From an uncultured Chloroflexia bacterium (GTDB lineage: Bacteria; Chloroflexota; Anaerolineae; Anaerolineales; Anaerolineaceae), in assembly GCA_963704755.1 (NCBI GenBank), contig OY969938.1, positions 4,050,001-4,082,000 on the forward strand: 32,000 nucleotides of DNA. Reading direction: 5' to 3'. Shown here piece after piece: positions 1-7,374 of the stretch (its first letter is position 1; each line of letters opens with the position of its first letter). The translations under genes and the position numbers were made by a program. Under the pieces are notes generated by a model. That model made no database searches, was not told the DNA's origin, and was given only the letters and a program-made list of their open reading frames with translations.

Positions 1-1360
1 TTTCAACCATGTAGGGGGTCACGTTTAATTCGACGGCATAGCCGTTCTCAAGGTCGAACGCCTCGATTAAATTCTTGCCCGGGCGTTCGATCATGCGTTC
101 GAGCAGGCTGTAATACATATTGGGATTGGTGATCTTTTGGGCAATCACATCCAGGGCGCGGATACCGGGCATGCGCGCCCAGTTATCGTTCAATTCAAAC
201 ATCGCCTTCAGATGGCTGTTGCTCAAAATCACATTCATTTCACGGTCGATGACGAACATTCCACTTACGGTCGATTCGATCACCGCCCCGGTGAGCGCTA
301 CGGAACGGCGCAGGTCTAGCAGGGTCTTCTTCTGTTCGGTGATATTGCGAAAAAGCAGCAGGTAGCCGGTCCGTTCCTTTTCGTTGTTAATTATCAGGTT
401 CGCCCGGATCGAATAGAATTCTTCCACACCGCGTACGCGCAGGGCGATTTCTTCGGATTTCTGGTCATTATTGTAGCCTTCCGTATACCAGGATTCGGCC
501 AGCGGGAGAATGTCACCAACTTTTTTGCCGATCAAACGGGGGAAGGTCATGCCGGAAATCGCCAGCGCAGAAGGGTTGGCATCGATAACTCTTTTTTGGT
601 CATCCAGCACCAGGATTGCATCGGACATTTTCTCGATCAAGGTCTCGCGCGCAATCGGCACGATATCGAACAGGCGGAAACGGAACAGCGCCAGCCCGAT
701 GACCAGGTTGCTGATCCCAAAGGTAATGGGGGTCAGCTCCTGCAGCTTAATCTCGACCATCCCGGTCGCCGTCACGATTGAAGTGATCCAGGGGATGAGT
801 ATCGCAGCCAGGACGACCGCAACCTGGATGCGGTATAGCTGCGGTGCAGTCATGTAATTGACCACCAGGAACAGGCTGGCCAGGACAATCAAGGTGTAGG
901 CGTAAATGGTATACAACCCAAAGGCCGGTCCGTCCACAAAAACGAGTTTGGGCAGGGTCTCGCTGTATTGGATAATGGGGTTGGTGCGAAATAAATGGGT
1001 AAATAAATCGGTCCAGACCAGCAGCAAAACCAGGATGGCCAGGGGTAAGAGGTATTTCCAGTTCAGCCGGCTCAGCGGAAATTCGCGATAATTATAGTTG
1101 AGCGCGAATCCCAGGTAAAACAATGGCGCAAATACCGCACCCAGGAATTGCACATTGTTCCAGAACAACATTGTTGAAAGCTGTGTGCTCAAAAGCTGCA
1201 GGGTGTAGGCGAGGGTCCAGATAGCCTCGCTTATGGCAATTAATGCAAAAGGAGTTGCAGCTCGAACATTTCGCCTGTGCCAGGCGATTCCTCCAACCCA
1301 TATTGTTATCCCCGCTGATACCAGATAAGGGAGGATCAGTAATAAATTCCGATAGTTCAT
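1..1360 (-). CDS. Sensor protein, N-terminal portion. A multi-pass membrane domain (resembles the 7TM N-terminal region of histidine kinases) is followed by PAS-like segments. The C-terminus lies beyond the window edge.
   Basis: Not in the supplied ORF track because it is open at the window edge. Hand translation of the reverse strand from ATG (complement of 1358-1360) reads MNYRNLLLILPYLVSAGITIWVGGIAWHRRNVRAATPFALIAISEAIWTLAYTLQLL... through ...LLFRNITEQKKTLLDLRRSVALTGAVIESTVSGMFVIDREMNVILSN..., with no stop down to position 1. There are about seven hydrophobic segments in the first ~230 aa. Domain naming is from memory of the family. Confidence 0.7.
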   Translation of the reverse strand, partial: MNYRNLLLILPYLVSAGITIWVGGIAWHRRNVRAATPFALIAISEAIWTLAYTLQLLSTQLSTMLFWNNVQFLGAVFAPLFYLGFALNYNYREFPLSRLNWKYLLPLAILVLLLVWTDLFTHLFRTNPIIQYSETLPKLVFVDGPAFGLYTIYAYTLIVLASLFLVVNYMTAPQLYRIQVAVVLAAILIPWITSIVTATGMVEIKLQELTPITFGISNLVIGLALFRFRLFDIVPIARETLIEKMSDAILVLDDQKRVIDANPSALAISGMTFPRLIGKKVGDILPLAESWYTEGYNNDQKSEEIALRVRGVEEFYSIRANLIINNEKERTGYLLLFRNITEQKKTLLDLRRSVALTGAVIESTVSGMFVIDREMNVILSNSHLKAMFELNDNWARMPGIRALDVIAQKITNPNMYYSLLERMIERPGKNLIEAFDLENGYAVELNVTPYMVE

Positions 1361-1597
1361 TCCATTGATATTTCGATGTGCTTATCTAAATTTTGAGGCT
1401 GCCAGGTTTGCCTGGGAATAGCAGTTTTTGCGTTTTACGTAGTCAGCAGGTTCCGCCAAAAAACCACCCTTTGCAACCTAAGCTTGAGGAGAAATAAACT
1501 CCAATTATCATAACGGATTATCGGAATTTTGGGTTAATAGTTTTGCAAGGTGGGCAGCGGGGACTTGTTTAATCCAATTAACTTGTAATAACGGCGT

Positions 1598-1668
1598 TTC
1601 GCCCCCCATCCCCGCTTCTCCCCAAATCAAAACCCGATTTAGAGGAAAGGGCCGGATTTGTCTTGACA
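1598..1668. repeat. Dispersed intergenic repeat (CCCCAAATCAAAA-N-GATTT-GAGG-AAGGGCC core). A second copy lies at 23085-23157.
   Basis: Hand alignment of GCGTTTCGCCCCCCATCCCCGCTTCTCCCCAAATCAAAACCCGATTTAGAGGAAAGGGCCGGATTTG with GCGCTCTGCCCCCCTCTGCGCCGCTTCCCCCCAAATCAAAAACGGATTTGGAGGGAAGGGCCAGATTC gives roughly 80% identity over ~70 nt. Confidence 0.7.
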
Positions 1669-1778
1669 TTCTAATCGTCGCAGCTAAAATAGTGTAGATA
1701 GTACACTAAAAGACCCGACCAGAAGCCCTGGTCGATTTGTCGAAATTGCGTAATTGCTCAGAATCCTGTTGAAAAGTC

Positions 1779-1845
1779 CCTGAATTTGAGGTGTATGCGG
1801 GGGCAAAGCCCCCGCATACACCTCAAATTCAGGTTTCTTACCCCC
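1779..1845. repeat. Palindromic element (25-bp perfect stem) with a conserved 3' tail. Member of a dispersed hairpin family.
   Basis: CCTGAATTTGAGGTGTATGCGGGGG (1779-1803) pairs perfectly with CCCCCGCATACACCTCAAATTCAGG (1809-1833), followed by the tail GTTTCTTACCCCC. It lies in the divergent region between the sensor gene and the hydrolase gene, so it is not simply a terminator. Confidence 0.85.
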
Positions 1846-1884
1846 AGGTCGAGTAGTTACGCAACAACATTAAAGGAGCAAAAA

Positions 1885-2592
1885 ATGAACAACAGCCTGG
1901 CCGAGAGCAGTCGACCGTTTTTAGATTTCCTGGATACCTGGATAGAGCGCCTGCCGGACATCCAGTGGGACGATATTTTAAGCGACCCCCGCCGTACCGG
2001 TGTTATTTCTGTCGATATTATCGAGGGTTTTTGTTATGAGGGTCCCCTCTCTTCGCCGCGGGTTGCCGGGATCGTCGCGCCTATCCAGGCGCTTTTCGAA
2101 CACGCCTGGGACCTGGGTGTGCGCGATTTCGTGCTCACCCAGGACACCCATGACCCGCAGGCAGTTGAATTCGCCGCCTGGCCGCCGCACTGCGTCCGCG
2201 GGACGCGCGAAGCGCAGACTGTACCCGCCTTGCAGCAGTTGCCTTTTTTCGACCAGATCCAGGTGATCGAAAAGAATTCGATTTCGAGCACGCTGAACAC
2301 CGGCTTGAACGATTGGCTGGCCGCTCACCCTGCTATCGACACTTTCATTGTGGTTGGCGACTGCACCGACCTGTGCACTTACCAGTTAGCCATGCACCTG
2401 CGAATGGACGCCAACAGCCGCCAGCTCCAGCGCCGGGTGATTGTGCCGGCCAACTGTGTGGATACCTATGACATGGATGTGCCCACCGCCCAAAACGTTG
2501 GCGCTCTGCCGCATCCGGGAGAGCTGATGCACGCGCTTTTCCTTTATCACCTGGCGCTCAATGGAGTGGAAGTTTTCAATTCGATCGGATAA
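1885..2592 (+). CDS. Isochorismatase-family cysteine hydrolase (nicotinamidase-like)
   Basis: Track ORF 1786-2592, trimmed to ATG 1885 (MNNSLAESSRPF...), which is preceded by AAAGGAG. The upstream extension overlaps the palindrome. Family-typical D/K/C context is present: VISVDIIEGF, VIEKNSISS, IVVGDCTDLC. Confidence 0.85.
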   Translation: MNNSLAESSRPFLDFLDTWIERLPDIQWDDILSDPRRTGVISVDIIEGFCYEGPLSSPRVAGIVAPIQALFEHAWDLGVRDFVLTQDTHDPQAVEFAAWPPHCVRGTREAQTVPALQQLPFFDQIQVIEKNSISSTLNTGLNDWLAAHPAIDTFIVVGDCTDLCTYQLAMHLRMDANSRQLQRRVIVPANCVDTYDMDVPTAQNVGALPHPGELMHALFLYHLALNGVEVFNSIG

Positions 2593-3050
2593 GAAACATT
2601 CATGGAATAACCGCGTACGCTCGAGCAAAAGGGGTTTGCCACTGCGGATCACGGAAGCCTTTCTGCCTGGGCGACGCCGGTTAGATTTTTCCTACCTTCT
2701 CACCATGAAGATACCCATATATAATACTAAAACAGAGTAGAATAAGACCTTTGTGGCCGGACTCTTTAGCTGACTGGCGTTTTGAAACGAAAATTAATTT
2801 TCTGGAACTTTTTGTTTGCCCGAACGTCTTAATTAAAATCGATATCCATGCATTCGACTTTTTTCTCGTGCCGCACAGGCAACTTCGCTCGAGGTTTTAT
2901 CGTAAATAATAAGCTCTCATGCCGGGAATTCGTTTAATAAGAAACCTAACAAAAATGGATCAATGGTTCCATTGGAACCGCGGCTGCCCCTTGCTGCGAA
3001 GTTGGAATATCGAAAGCTGAATAAAGAACCAAAACTTAGGAGAATTGACA

Positions 3051-3710
3051 ATGAAAAGGATAATTCCGATAGCTTTATTGCTGGTAACCGTTCTACTGGC
3101 CAGTTGCACCCCAGGTGGAACCCCGGTCGCACCGACCGTGGATGTGGCCCCCACCATCGATGCTGCCCGCACCCAGGCTGCCCAAACTGTAGTGGCTGAC
3201 ATGGATTCCCAGGCCACCTCTACAGCGATGGCTGCCCCGACCGCAACTGAAATGCCCACTGCGACCGAGGTCCCAACTCTGGCTCCGACCAACACATTTG
3301 CGCCGCTGCCCACCGCCACCAACACCTACATTTATGTACCGCCAGCCACCTCAGTCCCGGCTGCCACCGCCACCTCTTCCGATTACAGCTGCTCCATCAC
3401 AGCGTCTTCCCCCGCCTACAATTCAAATGTAAGCCTGGGTTATGACTTCGATGGAAGCTGGACCTTGAAGAACACCGGTTCCAAGTCCTGGCCGGTAGGT
3501 GAAATGGACTTCAAGTATCTCTCGGGCGATAAACTGCAAAAATACGCCGATGACTACGACATTCCCAACACCGTCAATGTCGGCGACAGCGTCACCTTCA
3601 AGCTTGACCTGTTGGCGCCCGAAACAGCCGGCACCTATACCTCGGTCTGGGGCCTGGTCTATGGCTCCCGCACCGTCTGCCAGTTCGGCGTCACCATCAA
3701 AGTAAAGTAG
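3051..3710 (+). CDS. Secreted lipoprotein with a Thr/Pro/Ala-rich linker and a C-terminal Ig-like (NBR1-like) domain
   Basis: Track ORF 3045-3710 starts at TTG. ATG 3051 follows AGGAG (3039-3043). Signal peptide with lipobox: MKRIIPIALLLVTVLLASC. A low-complexity TP/AP linker follows. The C-terminal WTLKNTGSKSWP...GDSVTFKLDLLAPETAGTYTSVWGL pattern is typical of the Ig-like domain next to BRCA1. Confidence 0.7.
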   Translation: MKRIIPIALLLVTVLLASCTPGGTPVAPTVDVAPTIDAARTQAAQTVVADMDSQATSTAMAAPTATEMPTATEVPTLAPTNTFAPLPTATNTYIYVPPATSVPAATATSSDYSCSITASSPAYNSNVSLGYDFDGSWTLKNTGSKSWPVGEMDFKYLSGDKLQKYADDYDIPNTVNVGDSVTFKLDLLAPETAGTYTSVWGLVYGSRTVCQFGVTIKVK

Positions 3711-3728
3711 CCCGTAATTTTTCAAGCG

Positions 3729-3760
3729 ACAGGAGGGCATATTGCCCTCCTGTTTTTATT
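3729..3760 (+). terminator. Rho-independent terminator of the lipoprotein gene
   Basis: ACAGGAGGGCA (3729-3739), loop TAT, TGCCCTCCTGT (3743-3753), then TTTTTATTT. Confidence 0.75.
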
Positions 3761-4101
3761 TAAACAGGGAATGGAAATGGGGGAGAAAGATCGTTCCAAC
3801 CGGCTTGCATGCAGCCAGAACACTCATCTGCGAGAACAACGAGACAAGGATCGGAAGCGGGAACATCCGGTGGGTTTCTATCAGGATGGGAAAGCAAGTC
3901 AGGTGGTTTATGCACGGCGGGTTTGCTGAAAATTTCCGGATAAAAAAACATTCCGGGTTTCCGAACCGGCCCGAATGGTGATGAAATCGCTGTAGTTTTT
4001 CTGTAACGGAATCCAGAATAAATCGTCTTATTATTCGAAACCAAACATGGGGAAGAAGTTTTTTCATAATCCAAGCCATCAGAGTAATCTCGAGGCGTCT
4101 G

Positions 4102-4659
4102 ATGAGACAATTTGATATTCGAAATATTCGTTTTCATAAACCAGGGAGCCCTGCCAAACCCAAATTGGCTAAAGGCCAGGGGCTGGTCGAGTTTGCTTTA
4201 GCGTTGCCCGTTTTTCTATTTTTAATGGTCGGAGTAATCGAGTTCGGCTGGTTGCTGTTTGTTTACAGCCAGACCTATACCGCCAGCCAGGAAGCAGCGC
4301 GCTACGGGGCAGCCGTCCAAAATCTCGGGGATTGTGTTGGAATTGTCGATGCCGCGGTCCGCGTGGGGCATTTTGGCGGGGTTGCCAGCGGCAGCAATGT
4401 CCAGGTTTATTACGATAATAGTTCCGCCAGCGCCACTGACCTGGCCTGGAACAAAGACGATCCTATTCCGGATGATTTCAGGGCCTGCGATTTTATCGAC
4501 TACAGCAATCCGGAGAGTATTCAGTTGGGAGACCGGATCGTTGTGCAGGTCTCGGTAAACTTTGTTCCCCTGTTTGGCATCATCCCCCGGTCCACCGTTG
4601 TAACCGCCGCTTCCCGGACTGTCATTAAGGATGTTCAAGTCTATGCAAGCACGCCTTGA
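4102..4659 (+). CDS. TadE-like (Flp pilus assembly / pseudopilin-like) protein
   Basis: N-terminus ...KGQGLVEFALALPVFLFLMVGVIEFGWLLF matches the TadE N-terminal motif (G-x-x-x-VEFAL plus a TM helix). GAGG lies 6 nt upstream of the ATG. Confidence 0.8.
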   Translation: MRQFDIRNIRFHKPGSPAKPKLAKGQGLVEFALALPVFLFLMVGVIEFGWLLFVYSQTYTASQEAARYGAAVQNLGDCVGIVDAAVRVGHFGGVASGSNVQVYYDNSSASATDLAWNKDDPIPDDFRACDFIDYSNPESIQLGDRIVVQVSVNFVPLFGIIPRSTVVTAASRTVIKDVQVYASTP

Positions 4660-4693
4660 CTCTTTTTTCATCAACTTTTTGCGAAAACCGGCC

Positions 4694-5155
4694 ATGGAAA
4701 AGCAACCGCGTGAAATCAAACCGTCCGAAAAAGGACAAAGCCTGGTCGAGCTTGGTTTTGCCCTGGTCATCATGCTGATCTTGCTGGCAGGCGTGGTTGA
4801 CCTGGGCACGATAATTTTCGAATATGTGACGATGCGAGATGCCGGCCAGGAAGGGGCGGCCTACGCTTCGGTTTATCCCACCGCATGCAGCCAGATCGCA
4901 GAACGGGTTAAATCCAACCTGCGGGTTCAAGACAACACCGATACCGTGGTCACGGTCCAGATCAACGGAAACAATTGTTCGAGCGATGTGGCCTATACCG
5001 GCCTGGCCTGCGCACCGAACGCCATCAAAGTCATTGTGAGCCAACCCCATTACCGGATCACCACCCCGCTCTTAGGGACGATCCTGGGCTCCAACACGCT
5101 CAATATCAGAGCATCGATCACGGATACCATTATCAGGCCCCTGGCCTGTCCTTAG
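4694..5155 (+). CDS. TadE-like protein (second paralogue)
   Basis: Track ORF 4631-5155, trimmed to ATG 4694 (MEKQPREIKPSEKGQSLVELGFALVIMLILLAGVVDLG...). It has the same TadE N-terminal motif. Confidence 0.75.
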   Translation: MEKQPREIKPSEKGQSLVELGFALVIMLILLAGVVDLGTIIFEYVTMRDAGQEGAAYASVYPTACSQIAERVKSNLRVQDNTDTVVTVQINGNNCSSDVAYTGLACAPNAIKVIVSQPHYRITTPLLGTILGSNTLNIRASITDTIIRPLACP

Positions 5156-5156
5156 A

Positions 5157-5206
5157 CCTACCAGAAATCAGGTGTTTGAAGCCACGAACACCTGATTTCT
5201 GGTAGG
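5157..5206 (+). repeat. Intercistronic 20-bp perfect stem-loop between the tadE-like and tadG-like genes
   Basis: CCTACCAGAAATCAGGTGTT (5157-5176), 10-nt loop, AACACCTGATTTCTGGTAGG (5187-5206). The arm resembles the CCGAATTTGAGGTGTTTG arms at 1779 and 11155. Confidence 0.85.
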
Positions 5207-5219
5207 TACTTAATTATTT

Positions 5220-6600
5220 ATGCCAACTCAGTTGGAGGTTAATTTGAATATCCAAACCGTGCACCATAAAGGTCAAATTCTCGCTATTTTTACTGTGGTG
5301 ATCATGGTACTTTTGGGTCTCGCGGCCCTGGCGCTGGACGGGGGCATGATTTACGTCGACCGTCGCAATGACCAGAGCGCAGCAGACGCCGCATCCCTGG
5401 CCGGGGTAGGTAAAGCGTCGGTCTATTTCCAGACCCACAGCACTGATTGCAATGGTTCTATTCCGTTAGCCCGCACGGCAGCGATCAGCCTGGCCGGTGA
5501 AAACCATTTCTCCGGCCTCCAAGCGTATTCCCGCGAGATGGATGTGCCTGCGACCGGCGCCCATGGCGTTTGGGCCGAATGCCGCGCTGAGGGGAGCGAT
5601 ACCTATTTATACGTCCATACCTATATCACTACCCAGGTTTCGACCAATTTCGCGCACCTGTTTTATAAAGGCCCGATTGAGAATTCGGTCACGTCGGTTG
5701 CCCGGGTCAAATTACCGACGAATGCTGCCTATGGAGCGGCGATCACTTCGTTGAACACAAGCTGCGCCTCAAACAACGGGATGACCTATAACGGCGGCGT
5801 CGATATCCATATATCCGGCGGCGGGATCCATTCCAACTCCTGCATCACCAAGGATGGCACAGTGGGCGACATCATCGTGGATGAAGGCGGCGTCACCTAT
5901 GTAAACAGCGTCAATTCCCACGCCGCGTCGGATATCCTGCCAACACCGGAACAGGTCAGCGGCACATACGGCCGCCTGGATTACGGCACGGTCAACTGTT
6001 CGGCTTTATCCACTGGGGATTCTGGTGGAGATATCCAGGTTTCCAACCATCAGAGTAAGACCATCCACCCCGGGCGGTATTCACAGATCCGGATGACCGG
6101 AGGCAGTTTGACCATGGCAGCGGGCCTGTACTGTTTGAGCGGAAATTTTTCGGCTAATGGCGGTTCGCTCACGGCGAACGGCATTACCATTTATGCTTCA
6201 GGAAGCAATTCAAACATTAGCATTAACGGCGGCGTATCCACTTATTTGAGCGCCGCATGCGACCTTAACTGGACCGATGACCGGGCCTGTAAACCCTCCG
6301 AGGTCGCCGTTCAAAATATCCCGGCTCCAAACACCCCCAAGGCTGGCTTGCTCGTCATCTTCGCGGATGGTAACACCGGAAGCGTCTCGTTGGCCGGCGA
6401 TTTCGGGCTCTTCATTCATCGGGACGATCTATGTCCCGGATGGGGACGTCAGCGTAGGCGGCAACAGCGGGGTAGGCCAGACGTATAACACCCAATTAGT
6501 CGGCAATAACGTTACCGTGGGCGGGGATGCGAATATCGACATCCGGAATATCCCCCGCGGCGATTTCAAGCAGCAATCGGCTGTAGATATGTTCAAGTAA
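5220..6600 (+). pseudogene. TadG-like pilus-associated protein, interrupted by a +1 frame change near 6400 (true frameshift, sequencing error or recoding)
   Basis: ORF 5220-6488 begins with a TadG-type N-terminus (KGQILAIFTVVIMVLLGLAALALDGGMIYV). The family-typical C-terminal pattern (SSFIGTIYVPDGDVSVGGNSG...VGNNVTVGGDANI) is encoded in the +1 frame (track ORF 6277-6600). The frame-1 tail after 6405 (LFIHRDDLCPGWGRQRRRQQRGRPDV) looks out-of-frame. Confidence 0.6.
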
Positions 6601-6650
6601 GCTTTTTTCATTTTCGACAAAGATAAAAAAACTGCTCACAAGACCGGAAG

Positions 6651-6716
6651 GCAATACACGGAGGCAGCGGTTTCACCGCTGCCTCCGTGTATTGCTCAAA
6701 TTTAGGTTCCTTATCC
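6651..6716 (+). repeat. 20-bp perfect hairpin downstream of the tadG-like gene, with the family tail. Possible terminator.
   Basis: GCAATACACGGAGGCAGCGG (6651-6670), loop TTTCA, CCGCTGCCTCCGTGTATTGC (6676-6695), then TCAAATTTAGGTTCCTTATCC. Compare TCAAATTCAGGTTTCTTACCC at 1822-1842. There is no T-run. Confidence 0.7.
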
Positions 6717-6766
6717 GCGAGGCTGATCCGTTCCTATAGATTTTTTCCGAAAACCAATCAGTTTTT

Positions 6767-6805
6767 GTAACAAAAAATATATCCATTACGTCTTATACTT
6801 AGAAA
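6767..6805 (+). promoter_or_regulatory. Candidate promoter(s) of the ECF sigma gene: an ECF-like GTAAC-N17-CGTC and/or a TATACT -10 box 6 nt from the ATG
   Basis: GTAAC 6767-6771, CGTC 6789-6792, TATACT 6794-6799, ATG 6806. No SD. Confidence 0.35.
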
Positions 6806-7372
6806 ATGGCAAGTACTGACTCCCAAACTTCGAGCGATGAAGTCTTGCTCCAACGTGCAGCAAACGGCGATAAACAGGCATTTGGCATTCTCTACGATCG
6901 ATATCTGGCCGATATTTATCGCTACTGTTACTTCCGAGTTGCAAACCAATCCGAAGCTGAAGATTTAACCCAGATCACATTTCTAAAAGCCTGGGAGAAC
7001 CTCTTCCAAAGTGAAAAGGGGAAAGAGGTCAGGTCGTTTCGCGCCTGGATTTATCGAGTAGCCCACAATGCCATTATCGATCATATTCGCACCAGGAAGC
7101 CGGTTGAGGCCAGTGTTCACGAAGACCTTTTCGAAAGCGCATTCATTGACCCGGAAAAATCGCTCCAGGACCAGGAAGACAGCCAGACTGTTGCCAATGC
7201 AATCCAACAACTGGATTCGGTTTACCAACAAGTGATTGTAATGAGGTTTGTCAACCAGTATAGCCATACCGAAACTGCTCAATTACTGGGAGTCACGGCG
7301 AACCATATCCGGATTTTGCAATTTCGTGCATTGAAGAAACTCTCGGATATCTTACGAAAGAGAAAACCCTAA
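6806..7372 (+). CDS. ECF-type RNA polymerase sigma factor (sigma-70 family, regions 2 and 4)
   Basis: Region 2: FGILYDRYLADIYRYCYFRV...AEDLTQITFLKAW, WIYRVAHNAIIDHIR. Region 4 HTH: VIVMRFVNQYSHTETAQLLGVTANHIRILQFRALKKL. Confidence 0.9.
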   Translation: MASTDSQTSSDEVLLQRAANGDKQAFGILYDRYLADIYRYCYFRVANQSEAEDLTQITFLKAWENLFQSEKGKEVRSFRAWIYRVAHNAIIDHIRTRKPVEASVHEDLFESAFIDPEKSLQDQEDSQTVANAIQQLDSVYQQVIVMRFVNQYSHTETAQLLGVTANHIRILQFRALKKLSDILRKRKP

Positions 7373-7374
7373 GG

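Noticed and set aside
1786-1884. N-terminal extension of the hydrolase ORF (track start 1786)
   Set aside because: The extension is the translated palindrome 1779-1833. ATG 1885 has a proper AAAGGAG SD.
3761-4101. A Flp-type pilin gene upstream of tadE
   Set aside because: All small plus-strand ORFs were checked by eye, and none has the G/XXXXEY processing motif or a hydrophobic pilin helix.
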